64,000 nucleotides of DNA from Sphingobacteriaceae bacterium (GTDB lineage Bacteria; Bacteroidota; Bacteroidia; UBA7662): positions 176,660-240,659 of the forward strand of contig JAUXNJ010000010.1 of NCBI GenBank assembly GCA_030682795.1, in the 5' to 3' direction. How positions within the stretch are numbered: position 1 is the first letter of the stretch; each line of letters begins with the position of its first letter. Made by a program: the position numbers and the translations under genes. Below are positions 20,775 to 29,619 of the stretch, piece after piece. The notes below the pieces were generated by a model that did not search any database, was not told the DNA's origin, and saw only the letters and a list, made by a program, of their open reading frames with translations.

Positions 20775-21266
20775 TTACAAAAGCTTACCAATGACCTTCA
20801 TTGGCAAAAAGAGCCGACCACTGTCGGGTAGTTGCTCGAAACCAAAGTTCGTATAAAAGCGCTTGGCCTTTTCACTGATGGGATCGGTTACCACTGCCAT
20901 GGCGCCAATGCTACTTTCTGAGGTTTGGTAGCTGCGAAAAAGGGCATCCAACAACAAATGCTCTCCTAAGCCTTGTCCTTTCATGCGCATGTCTCGGGCC
21001 AAACGACCCAGCAAAATGACGGGGGCATTATAGTTAGCAGGCACTTGCTTGATATATTGGGTAGGAATGGCATCTCGGCCCAAACTATCGCTCGAAAGGG
21101 TGTAGTAGCCCAACACTTGCTCAGTTTCGTTGGCGGTCACAAAGCAAGTAACCAGTTTTTTGCGGATATCTTGGCCTACTTGCTGTCGCAGGTAATGAAC
21201 GAGGGATGGCTCTTCGCACTCAAATTGATCGCGAAGGTGGTGATGGCCAAGTCGGACGATTTGCAC
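20775..21266 (-). CDS. GNAT family N-acetyltransferase, TacT-like toxin of a type II toxin-antitoxin pair
   Basis: 163 aa GNAT fold, 4 bp downstream of a DUF1778/RHH gene. This is the architecture of TacAT/KacAT systems. Confidence 0.65.
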   Translation of the reverse strand: MQIVRLGHHHLRDQFECEEPSLVHYLRQQVGQDIRKKLVTCFVTANETEQVLGYYTLSSDSLGRDAIPTQYIKQVPANYNAPVILLGRLARDMRMKGQGLGEHLLLDALFRSYQTSESSIGAMAVVTDPISEKAKRFYTNFGFEQLPDSGRLFLPMKVIGKLL

Positions 21267-21269
21267 CGG

Positions 21270-21551
21270 TTAACTGCTTTTCGACTGATAACGCTGGGCG
21301 GCCGTACGCAAGGCCTCATTTGGTTCAGCATCGCCAAAAACGGCATCGAAGAACAAGGTTCTATCGCGCTCCGAAGCTAAAATGCGGTCGTTTTGAGCAA
21401 TGATTTCTTCTGATTTTTGCCGTACAATCCGCAGCATGAAGGTGCTGAACGAGCGATCGCCGTGTAACTTTTGCGCCTTTTGAAACAGTCGTTTGTCTTC
21501 TGCTGACACGCGTAGCTCGATGCGCTCGTCTTTGCTAGTATTATTGGCCAT
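21270..21551 (-). CDS. DUF1778-type ribbon-helix-helix antitoxin (TacA-like)
   Basis: 93 aa. ...RIELRVSAEDKRLFQKAQKLHGDRSFSTFMLRIV... has an RHH pattern. Directly upstream of the GNAT gene. Confidence 0.65.
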   Translation of the reverse strand: MANNTSKDERIELRVSAEDKRLFQKAQKLHGDRSFSTFMLRIVRQKSEEIIAQNDRILASERDRTLFFDAVFGDAEPNEALRTAAQRYQSKSS

Positions 21552-21637
21552 GACGTCGAAATATCACAAATGTACGGATAAATTCCGTACAATGCAAATG
21601 CGTCGAACGTACAAATCAGCTGGAGATTCGGCTTTTG

Positions 21638-22363
21638 CTAAAACTCGTTCATCACCCAAGGCAACATGGCGCGCCAAGTAGGCCAGTCGTGCGTCCATTC
21701 TTGCCCCCAAATGCTGAGGTGGTGTGCAATGCCTTTATTATGCAGCAGGGTGCTGAAATCGCGCGAGGCGTTTGGGTCTTCGTAAGCCCCACTACCGGTG
21801 GCAATGAGGATTTTCCCTGCTCGGATGCGCTCCAAAGTTGGGTGATCGGTGAGGTTGGGGATGTAGTGAGCCGGACTGTTGAAATACACCTCGTCGCTGT
21901 AAAAGCCGTCGGTATACTCCTGCAAATTGTACACCCCGCTCATGGCTACCACCCCTTGAAACAGGTCTGGACGCTTCAAAAACAGGTTCATGCTGTGCAA
22001 TGCCCCAAAGGATGCCCCCGAGGGAATGATGGGCGTATCGCCGGAGCTGTGGTTGCGGATAAAGGGCACCACCTCGTTAAAAATGTAATCGTTCCACTGG
22101 TTGTGGCGAATGGCACGGTGCTCTGGCCGCATTCCTTTGTTGAGCCAGCTTTCGTTGTTGATGCTGTCGACGCTGTACACCTTTACCTTGCCGGCCTCTA
22201 TGTGACCGCTGATTTGGTCGAGCAGCTGAAAACGCTCATACTCGAGGTAGTCGGCCGCGGCCGTAGGAATGAGCAGCAGGGCAGGACCATAATGGCCATA
22301 ACACGCAATGGGCATGTCTTTTTGCAAGGCGGCGCTGTGCCAGCCAGTAATTTCGCGGTGCAT
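21638..22363 (-). CDS. Esterase family protein (putative esterase/CE1-like)
   Basis: ...IPSGASFGALHSM... nucleophile elbow. 241 aa. Its 5' end is the source of the duplicated segment described below. Confidence 0.7.
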   Translation of the reverse strand: MHREITGWHSAALQKDMPIACYGHYGPALLLIPTAAADYLEYERFQLLDQISGHIEAGKVKVYSVDSINNESWLNKGMRPEHRAIRHNQWNDYIFNEVVPFIRNHSSGDTPIIPSGASFGALHSMNLFLKRPDLFQGVVAMSGVYNLQEYTDGFYSDEVYFNSPAHYIPNLTDHPTLERIRAGKILIATGSGAYEDPNASRDFSTLLHNKGIAHHLSIWGQEWTHDWPTWRAMLPWVMNEF

Positions 22364-22420
22364 AAGGTAGGTTTCAGGTTTCGAGCCTAAAAGCTAAGCA
22401 TTTTTTGGGAGATGGGGACT
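22277..22420. repeat. Copy A of a ~145-bp direct repeat (esterase 5' coding end plus upstream region)
   Basis: ~92% identical to 25443-25586 by eye alignment. Copy A keeps an intact reading frame. Confidence 0.85.
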
Positions 22421-22789
22421 CAAGTGCAGAAAAATGAGATTAAATTCCTAGAGTTGTAGCGACTAACGAAAGAACGTTGCAATTAAAGTTTGAACACTAC
22501 AGCAGGTAAGGACAATCGGATGTCAAGCAAATCTATTTTCATAGATTGGAGCCGATTAAGAGAGAAAATCGCTGTTCATTTAAAATACATCTAGCGCTAA
22601 AGTAATTGAATACGCAATACATAAAATGTAGCTACAAATCCCCAATACGGACTAGCTTCGAAATAGCAGTTTGGATGATTACCATGACATTTTGGAGATT
22701 TAATAAACCGCTGATTAAATTATAGAGCTTGACACAACTTAAAGTCAAATAGTGCTATACGTCATACAGTAGTGTTTATTCAAACAATT

Positions 22790-23212
22790 TTACATCGGCT
22801 TGCTTGCGTCTAATCGACTGTAGGTTGTTTTCCTTTGATCTTGAATAATAAGTGTCGAACTCCAGCCTAATTCATCCAGAGTTAAATCTTTTGGCAAAGT
22901 GGATTTAATCATTGCTAAACTGTCGTTATCTGAAACTATGGAAGTATTCTTAGGAAGTCCTAATCGTTTTCTAATGCTTTCTGCTTCTATCTTTCTAGTT
23001 TTTTTTATGTACAGTGTCAATCGTTGTGGATTCTTGGGCATCAATTGTTCAATCATATTTGGCACGTAACGATTACATTCTAGGCAATTGTCTACATTAT
23101 AAACGATAGCAATCCGAGGTTCTTGAGAACGTTGCTCAAATGCACAACTGGCAAAAACGATTAAAGAGATTGCCAGATATAAAATTTTTCGTCTTTGGAA
23201 AGTAAATAGCAT
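22790..23212 (-). CDS. Small secreted thioredoxin-fold protein with CxxC motif (CLEC)
   Basis: Signal peptide, then IAIVYNVDNCLECNRYVPNMIEQL (beta-strand, CxxC, helix, a thioredoxin-like arrangement). AT-rich codon usage. Confidence 0.5.
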   Translation of the reverse strand: MLFTFQRRKILYLAISLIVFASCAFEQRSQEPRIAIVYNVDNCLECNRYVPNMIEQLMPKNPQRLTLYIKKTRKIEAESIRKRLGLPKNTSIVSDNDSLAMIKSTLPKDLTLDELGWSSTLIIQDQRKTTYSRLDASKPM

Positions 23213-24264
23213 GGGTGTCCGTTTGAGTCATTATTCGTGACGAGGATTTGCTCGATAGTATATCCTTGAGGTGGTGATATGTTTTGAAATGTTTGACTTT
23301 TTAAATCTTTACTACTTAGATAGCTTCGTTTATCTCCACCTATATCAAGCCATATGAAAGCCGGCGAGTGGTTATTGATGTGCACAAGTATATGTTTGGT
23401 TGAAAGTTGGATCTTCTCCTTTTCTTCTAGCACTTCACCAAAACCATCTTCGGAAAGAAGCAACGTTTTATGAAGGTCTTTATTCGGTAAAGCAAACGCT
23501 GTTCCCCAAAAAAAACCAATATCTTCGGCATTTTGAGTCACATTATTTTCAATAAAATGACTCAATTTACCAGTTGATTTTAGAGGCATTATAAATGAAT
23601 TGTTTAGTTCCCACCTACTGAAGGCAACCTCGGAATCCAACAATGGGAGTGGATTTAGGTGGTAATTCGGTATGTAGAGCACATTGTTTATTATCCCACC
23701 CGACACGTAGGCATTTGGGTAATAAGGAAATGAATTGTTTCTGTCCTCAATTCCTGCACTTGATGCATGAAGTAGAAATGTTTCTTCCGGGCTAAAGTCG
23801 TTATTGAAATAAGTTAAGATGTTTGCAGTTGATTCCATGCTCTCGGACTCAATTCCTTCGCGATATGCACTGTAATTTATGTATCCTACAAATACAGGTC
23901 GCCCTGACCAAGTACTAAACCATCCCGTGGTTATGGATGTAAGCAGAATGCTGTCTGTTTGCTCAATTACTCTCAGTGTATCCATGATGGCATTTTGATG
24001 CGCAGCATCAATGAAATGTTGAAGTGAATCATAGCTAATTCGCTTTTTCAGTTTACCGGTGGTGGATGACACGACTATTATTTCCTGATTTTCTTTCAAG
24101 TCAAAACACACATATTCGCCGAGGGAATAACCTATAGGGTTTAACAACACGAAACCTTCCTCTTGAATTTGAATTGGCTGCTCGTCGTTAAACTTGTGTG
24201 GGCCTGAGTTACAGGCCACACACAAGCTCAAAAGCACAAGCATGTATAAATATGCTTTCTTCAT
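23161..24264 (-). CDS. Lipoprotein of unknown function (367 aa; lipobox LSLCVAC)
   Basis: MKKAYLYMLVLLSLCVACNSG lipoprotein signal. AT-rich island gene. Confidence 0.55.
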   Translation of the reverse strand: MKKAYLYMLVLLSLCVACNSGPHKFNDEQPIQIQEEGFVLLNPIGYSLGEYVCFDLKENQEIIVVSSTTGKLKKRISYDSLQHFIDAAHQNAIMDTLRVIEQTDSILLTSITTGWFSTWSGRPVFVGYINYSAYREGIESESMESTANILTYFNNDFSPEETFLLHASSAGIEDRNNSFPYYPNAYVSGGIINNVLYIPNYHLNPLPLLDSEVAFSRWELNNSFIMPLKSTGKLSHFIENNVTQNAEDIGFFWGTAFALPNKDLHKTLLLSEDGFGEVLEEKEKIQLSTKHILVHINNHSPAFIWLDIGGDKRSYLSSKDLKSQTFQNISPPQGYTIEQILVTNNDSNGHPCYLLSKDEKFYIWQSL

Positions 24265-24279
24265 TTTTTGGATGTAGAT

Positions 24280-24594
24280 TTAATAGAGTTGATATGTTTC
24301 ATTACCAGCATCATCCACTCCGATGAAGGAATAATTATCGAAAAACTCATCCCCATTGTCTAGTTCTATCTTGTAGTTAACCAGCCCATTAGAATAAGTT
24401 AGGCGAATAATACAACAACGTGTATGATTAAGCATACAAACCACAATATTATTCCGTTTACTTAGGTGTGGAATTCCTTTTTTCTCACATTTAGCCACTG
24501 GTATTGAAGCCAGATTTTCACTGCTTGCAGTACTAAACGAGAATAAAATGGCAGATGCAACTGCCGCTACGGTTGCAATTTTTATCTTTTTCAT
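24280..24594 (-). CDS. Small Cys-rich secreted protein (104 aa; C-x16-C-x6-CC)
   Basis: Signal peptide MKKIKIATVAAVASAILFSFSTAS, then ...AKCEKKGIPHLSKRNNIVVCMLNHTRCCIIRL... Confidence 0.45.
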   Translation of the reverse strand: MKKIKIATVAAVASAILFSFSTASSENLASIPVAKCEKKGIPHLSKRNNIVVCMLNHTRCCIIRLTYSNGLVNYKIELDNGDEFFDNYSFIGVDDAGNETYQLY

Positions 24595-24844
24595 TTTGTT
24601 TAAATTTTACCCCTCCATGCGGGTCGCATAAACACTGTGCTTACGGCCGTATAACATTGTTCAGGTACAAGTGTAAAAAAAAAAAACAATATACTCCAAA
24701 CTTTTCAGTAAATATTTATCACACTAGTAAAGCAATGTTTAAACTTTTAGTTGAAAAAGAAGGGCCTAAGACTAACAAAAGTTGGTTTACAGTTTGTATT
24801 CGGTATAATTGACTAACATATAGTTGTTTATACTATTTTGTGAT

Positions 24845-24892
24845 TGCGGTTTCTTTTTTTCTACGATACAACCACAACTTCATTTTGGGGGC
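24845..24892 (-). pseudogene. Remnant of the 3' end of a paralogue of gene 28823..29506 (encodes ...KMKLWLYR-stop)
   Basis: ACAACCACAACTTCATTTTGGG at ~24862-24890 matches the last codons and stop of 28823..29506 (ACAACCACAACTTCATTTTTGGG at ~28832-28860). There is no intact ORF upstream. Confidence 0.4.
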
Positions 24893-25442
24893 TGGAAAGA
24901 AAGTCCATTGGTCCATGAGTGGCGGTTTGGGTAAAGTTCGTAGGTTAGTATTGTTTGTGTGTTAATATTGCAGGGCTGATGCAGTGATGCTCTGCTTCAA
25001 ATAGCAACAAATGTACTGCCGTGTTCGGGTATGTTCAATATGATTTGTATTACAGCCACGGTTGCAAATGCAGATTTATAACAAATCATGGGAATCTATG
25101 GTTGATGCGGGATGCAGGTGTACCGTTTGGTTCCTTTATGGGTGTGCCAATTGCTGTAAATAGTGACGTGTTTGGTAGCTGATTAGATTGGTAGTTGGAT
25201 GGGTGACTTCAATGCTGTCAATTTCGTCGCAAACACAATATATGTGATGTTCACCTTTTGAATGTGGTAGTCAAAGGGGCCCCGTAAAAAAGGTGTTGCA
25301 GCAAAACTTCTGCCCTTGCCTATGTCTCAAAGCTGGTGCTTGCTATTGTCCCACGGTTTTGTACTTGATGGTTGTGGGCGCGAGCCTATCAAAACGATGC
25401 AGTTTCTTAAATATGGCCGCTCTTGGATTTTAATTACTTAAG

Positions 25443-25586
25443 AGGGCAGGGCCATAATGGCCATAACTCGCAATGGGCATGTCTTTTTGCAAGGCGGCGC
25501 TGTGTCAGCCGGTAATTTCGCGGTGCATACGGTAGGTTTCAGGTTTCGAGCCTAAAACCTAAGCAATTTTTGGGAATTGGGGAAGG
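25443..25586. repeat. Copy B of the ~145-bp direct repeat. A degenerate copy of the esterase start region: MHREITG then a stop created by a C-to-T change.
   Basis: Aligned by eye to 22277-22420. The TGG (Trp) codon of copy A is TGA here. Confidence 0.85.
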
Positions 25587-25610
25587 CTCATTGGAAATTG
25601 ATGGGATTAA

Positions 25611-25916
25611 TTGGAAAGGACCTATCTTTGTAATATGCTGAGTGATGCGCAACAAGAGGTCATTAAGTCGGTTACTAAAAAACTGAGACCAACTTTATTG
25701 GGAGTTTTTGGTTCCTACGCCAGAAACGAGGCCTCTGTTGACAGTGATTTAGATTTGCTCATTGATTTTGAACAAAGGGTAAATCTTATTGACCTCATCG
25801 GAATAGAGCAGGAGCTCTCCAAATCATTGGGAATAAAAGTTGATTTGGTTACTAAGCGATCAGTTCATACTGCCTTAGCACCATATATTGAGGCTGATTT
25901 GATTAGATTGATATGA
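25611..25916 (+). CDS. Nucleotidyltransferase-domain antitoxin (MNT) of a HepT/MNT pair
   Basis: GVFGSYARNEASVDSDLDLLIDF (GS...D.D minimal nucleotidyltransferase motif). Overlaps the downstream HepT gene by 4 bp. The start may be at 25635 (MLSDAQQ). Confidence 0.7.
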   Translation: MERTYLCNMLSDAQQEVIKSVTKKLRPTLLGVFGSYARNEASVDSDLDLLIDFEQRVNLIDLIGIEQELSKSLGIKVDLVTKRSVHTALAPYIEADLIRLI

Positions 25917-26257
25917 AAACCCCAAGCATTTACTTACAACTCATTCATGAATGCTTGGTTAAAATTCAATCTTATACGCAGGACATGAATGAACAAGCGT
26001 TTTTAGAAAATCAGCTTGTCCAGGATGCTGTGATTCGAAATTTTGAAATTATTGGGGAAGCCACAAAAAAACTAAATTCCGATTTTCGTGCAAAATATCC
26101 TGAAATTGAGTGGAAGAAGATTGCAGGAATGCGTGACAAATTAATTCACGACTATATTGGCGTTGATTTATGGGCTGTATGGGGGGTGGTTGAAGAGATT
26201 TTGCCAGTTCTCGTATTCCAAATTGCCATTATTTTGGAAAAGGAGAGAAACTGCTAA
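25913..26257 (+). CDS. HepT-like (DUF86) toxin
   Basis: R-x4-H-x-Y motif (RDKLIHDY) near the C-terminus. 114 aa. Confidence 0.7.
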   Translation: MKTPSIYLQLIHECLVKIQSYTQDMNEQAFLENQLVQDAVIRNFEIIGEATKKLNSDFRAKYPEIEWKKIAGMRDKLIHDYIGVDLWAVWGVVEEILPVLVFQIAIILEKERNC

Positions 26258-26275
26258 GAAGGGTGTCATAAATCT

Positions 26276-26623
26276 TTACAACTGTTTCGCCTTCCACGCT
26301 GGGATAATATGTTTCTTCAGATCTACCCAAAGCGTATGTAGTAGTGGAGCACTGATGAAGAGCATAAGTGTAAAATCGCTTTCTTCAAAACTAAAAACCA
26401 GGGCTAATAGGATTGCAATAACGCTGTATTTAAGCGCAAATAGCTTCTTTTGGGTGACTTTTGCATAGAAATAAGACATCAATCCAAAAACCAAAAGCAG
26501 GCCGATTATTAACAGTACTTCTTCCATATGTTTAGATTTAAGCCCATTGCTGGGGCAGTTGGCTTGATTTAATGTTAGAGAGAAGAACGAATTTAATAAA
26601 AGGCTGCCATTTCTTAAAATCAA
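26276..26623 (-). CDS. Small membrane protein (3-4 TM)
   Basis: Hydrophobic 115-aa ORF in the AT-rich region. Confidence 0.4.
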   Translation of the reverse strand: MILRNGSLLLNSFFSLTLNQANCPSNGLKSKHMEEVLLIIGLLLVFGLMSYFYAKVTQKKLFALKYSVIAILLALVFSFEESDFTLMLFISAPLLHTLWVDLKKHIIPAWKAKQL

Positions 26624-26661
26624 AAAAAATGCTAAGCCCTAATTGGCTTTAATAGAACCTT

Positions 26662-27033
26662 TTATCGCGCATCCAACGCCTCACATTCCTTGATCACACA
26701 AACAAATCGGTCATTCATTTTGCAGCCTTCTCTGTCTGCAAGACTTTTGTAACCTACAAATACTTCTGCTGTGGCTCGACCAGCCATTTCTTTGACCAAG
26801 GCTAGGATTTCCTTTTCAACCAAGAAGGGTGTGAGGAAGCCTATTTCTGCCCCCCATTGCTCGCATGTAAAGGAAATGCTGGCCGTGAATTTGTCCCATT
26901 GTGCTTGTGGTACAGCCGCTGGCTTGGCGTTTTGCAGGACGGTATGGACTTGGGGGGAACTGGTTTCTTGTGCTTTAGCGCTTTGTAGCAGTAGGCTGAA
27001 ACCCAATATGAGATAAGGAAGGGGCTTTTTCAT
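26662..27033 (-). CDS. Small secreted hypothetical protein (signal peptide; 123 aa)
   Basis: MKKPLPYLILGFSLLLQSAKAQ leader. Confidence 0.45.
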   Translation of the reverse strand: MKKPLPYLILGFSLLLQSAKAQETSSPQVHTVLQNAKPAAVPQAQWDKFTASISFTCEQWGAEIGFLTPFLVEKEILALVKEMAGRATAEVFVGYKSLADREGCKMNDRFVCVIKECEALDAR

Positions 27034-27059
27034 GCTTGTAGCTAGTTTTTCGGTAGACG

Positions 27060-28511
27060 TTAATAGGTAAACTGCAGGGCCATTTTCTTCAATTCTAATT
27101 GACCGTTGGCAGTTTGCGTTGGAATATAGAGCATTTTTTCATGGATAAAGGCCTTGCTATATTGTAAAGGTTCAGTTGACGGTATTTCGAGCTTTACAAT
27201 TACCTTGTTTCTTTGAAGAATAGTTAGAAAATAGTTTTGTGATTCATCCTGATGATACAGGAACCACAATTCGTTACTAACGCGACCAGCACTCTGCAGA
27301 TTAAACGACCTTCCATTGGCAATGGTAGGAAGGGTAAAGTTGTACAAAGGGTTGTTTAAGTCGATGATTAAGCTGTCTCGACTTCTTGCCAGAAATAAAT
27401 GCTCTTTCGTTTCAACAAAACAGCTGTTTATATAGGATTGAGATAAAAAATCTGGATTACCATGCTCTGGGATTTTCGAGCGCTTGGCTTTCGTAATGGT
27501 TTCATTCTTGATTTTAAAGCTGCTTAGGCCTACTACATCACCTTTTTTGGAGCTTACTTCGGTACTTACATAGCCTTTTTGTCCTTGGATGAACAAATGG
27601 TCGAAATCATAATACGTTTTATCGGATAAATTGAATTCATCGGCAGTATGAATGACCTGTTTTTCAAAGGTGCGGCTGTCGATTTTTAAGAGAAAGCCAT
27701 ATGGCTCCGCACTTAGGATATGCTCTCCATTTTTCAATTTCGTTTTTTCGAAAGGCTGCGCTGCACAATGCACGTAAATATGGCCATCTGTGCTCACATG
27801 AACATCATACATGGGAAATGCATATCGATTGTTTGTGTTAAACCAACCGAAATATTGCTGGGCGAATGGTATTTTTTGCTTCTTGAGCACTGAAGCGTAA
27901 AGACTTTGCCAAGGCAGTTCTTTTTCTGGGGAAAAGCTAAAGAGTTGTTTACCTTGATAGTCGATTTTGTAGAGGACATTGTTGTCTGATTTGATCCAAA
28001 AGCCGTCTTTATCGGCATACAAGTAGTCGAGCACATGAAAATAAGGCAATTCAGGCACAAAAACGGATGCTTCCGCCTTCAAGCCTGGCGATATTGGCCA
28101 TGTTTTGCTCAGCAAGGCAGGGTTGAAGAGCTTGAGTGGACTGCTGTAAATCACTGAATCGCCCTCGGTTAGTTCTATGGTGTGAAACTGGTAGTTTATT
28201 TTTTGGTTGAAAACGACAGTATCCTCCATGATGCGACTAGCCAAAGGCGGAACAATGCCGATGTAATTTAGATAGGCAGCAGCTTTTCCTCCCATATCTG
28301 TGAAGTGAAAAATCAGACTGTCTGCGTTCACATGATGCCTTAAATTATTTACTATGACCGCAATTAAATGCCCCGTGTTATTGCTTCCTACTCTATGGTT
28401 GATGTACAAATGTACCGCCTTTGGGGACTGTTGCGCTAGACTCAAGCTTCCAGTTAAAAGCGAACATAGTACTAGGAGTAGGCAGAATTTTGTATTGTAT
28501 TTTATTGGCAT
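27060..28511 (-). CDS. Secreted hypothetical protein (483 aa)
   Basis: Signal peptide. Long uninterrupted AT-rich ORF. No recognisable motif. Confidence 0.55.
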   Translation of the reverse strand: MPIKYNTKFCLLLVLCSLLTGSLSLAQQSPKAVHLYINHRVGSNNTGHLIAVIVNNLRHHVNADSLIFHFTDMGGKAAAYLNYIGIVPPLASRIMEDTVVFNQKINYQFHTIELTEGDSVIYSSPLKLFNPALLSKTWPISPGLKAEASVFVPELPYFHVLDYLYADKDGFWIKSDNNVLYKIDYQGKQLFSFSPEKELPWQSLYASVLKKQKIPFAQQYFGWFNTNNRYAFPMYDVHVSTDGHIYVHCAAQPFEKTKLKNGEHILSAEPYGFLLKIDSRTFEKQVIHTADEFNLSDKTYYDFDHLFIQGQKGYVSTEVSSKKGDVVGLSSFKIKNETITKAKRSKIPEHGNPDFLSQSYINSCFVETKEHLFLARSRDSLIIDLNNPLYNFTLPTIANGRSFNLQSAGRVSNELWFLYHQDESQNYFLTILQRNKVIVKLEIPSTEPLQYSKAFIHEKMLYIPTQTANGQLELKKMALQFTY

Positions 28512-28590
28512 GAGTGAAGTCGTTGGTGATGCGTTGGATTAGAATTATGCTTCTAAAATAGTAGAATTTCTATTTTGAATGCCTTATGTT

Positions 28591-28809
28591 TTAGTTCGTG
28601 ATTACTTCAGAAAAATATTTTGTTACCGCGTTTTGATAGTTTGAAATACTAGGTGTATCGGTTCTCAAACTTAGGGCAGGAAATTCGCCTTTGGAACTAT
28701 CCACCAATACCAAAGCTGGTGGTAATTGCGCATGGGCTGAGACAAAGTTCAAAAGCAGGCTGGTGAAAAGCCAAAGCAGCAATAGACTAGATTTTTTAAA
28801 GGTCAGCAT
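28591..28809 (-). CDS. Small secreted peptide/protein (72 aa)
   Basis: MLTFKKSSLLLLWLFTSLLLNFVSAHAQ leader. Low confidence owing to size. Confidence 0.3.
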   Translation of the reverse strand: MLTFKKSSLLLLWLFTSLLLNFVSAHAQLPPALVLVDSSKGEFPALSLRTDTPSISNYQNAVTKYFSEVITN

Positions 28810-28822
28810 TATATGTTTGTTT

Positions 28823-29506
28823 TCAACGGTACAACCACAACTTCATTTTTGGGACAACAATCCAATCAATCCTCGGCCCTGGATATTTGTCTGGATACGT
28901 CATCAGTGCACGATACATCATTAGTCCCGTACTATCAGAAAAATAAAACGTTTCATCTGAATTAACAATGCCAACTTTGAGATAAAAACAAGCATCCCAA
29001 CTGTTTTGCGGGTGGTTTTTGGGGAATTGGTTAGGATGGAGGTTGATAGAAAGCAAATAGACCGAATCGGTGGTAACTGGTAATTGTGGAGTGATTTGAA
29101 GTTGTTTGCGGCCTTCGAGTTTCTGCCAGCCTCTGTAAATCAATTTTGTTTCGCAAGTGGTGAGGTTGGTGTAGAGCATGCTTACTTCGAAGCTGTCGAC
29201 TTCGGCACATTTACAATGTAAGGGCATGCTTATTTTTTGAATTTGGTAGTTTGCAGGGCCGTAGAAAGGTGTAGACCAATACACTCTATCATTTTGATTT
29301 TCGAAAAAACTATATCGGCCCCAACTGCGCGTACGGTTTTTATGTTTGATATTTTTAGGCGAAGCTTCTACAACTACCGTATCGTTCAAAGAAGATTGAG
29401 CAAAGACCTCATGGAAGGAGCCAAATGTCACGGCTAAAAAAACCAAAAAACAGAAGCTAGTAAAAGATTGCTTAGGCGGCATTCGGGCTATGGTTGTACT
29501 TAGCAC
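28823..29506 (-). CDS. Secreted hypothetical protein (227 aa). Its 3' end is the paralogue of the remnant at ~24.86 kb.
   Basis: Signal-anchor-like N-terminus. C-terminus ...VVPKMKLWLYR. Confidence 0.5.
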   Translation of the reverse strand: MLSTTIARMPPKQSFTSFCFLVFLAVTFGSFHEVFAQSSLNDTVVVEASPKNIKHKNRTRSWGRYSFFENQNDRVYWSTPFYGPANYQIQKISMPLHCKCAEVDSFEVSMLYTNLTTCETKLIYRGWQKLEGRKQLQITPQLPVTTDSVYLLSINLHPNQFPKNHPQNSWDACFYLKVGIVNSDETFYFSDSTGLMMYRALMTYPDKYPGPRIDWIVVPKMKLWLYR

Positions 29507-29554
29507 AAGTTAAATAATTGCTGCTCAAAGGCCAAATTTTGTTCAGTGTCAATT

Positions 29555-29610
29555 CATTATCCTTGTAATTTTAAATCATACTTCGAAAATTGCGAGGATT
29601 ATTTTGATTT
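29555..29610. repeat. Copy 1 of a ~56-bp palindromic element: CATTATCCTTGTAATTTTAAATCATACTTCGAAAATTGCGAGGATTATTTTGATTT
   Basis: Internal inverted repeat ATCCTTGTAATTTT / AAAATTGCGAGGAT. Near-identical copy at 30783-30840. Confidence 0.8.
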
Positions 29611-29619
29611 GGAACCCGC

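Noticed and set aside
21635-22390. 251-aa plus-strand ORF
   Set aside because: Shadow of the esterase gene on the opposite strand.
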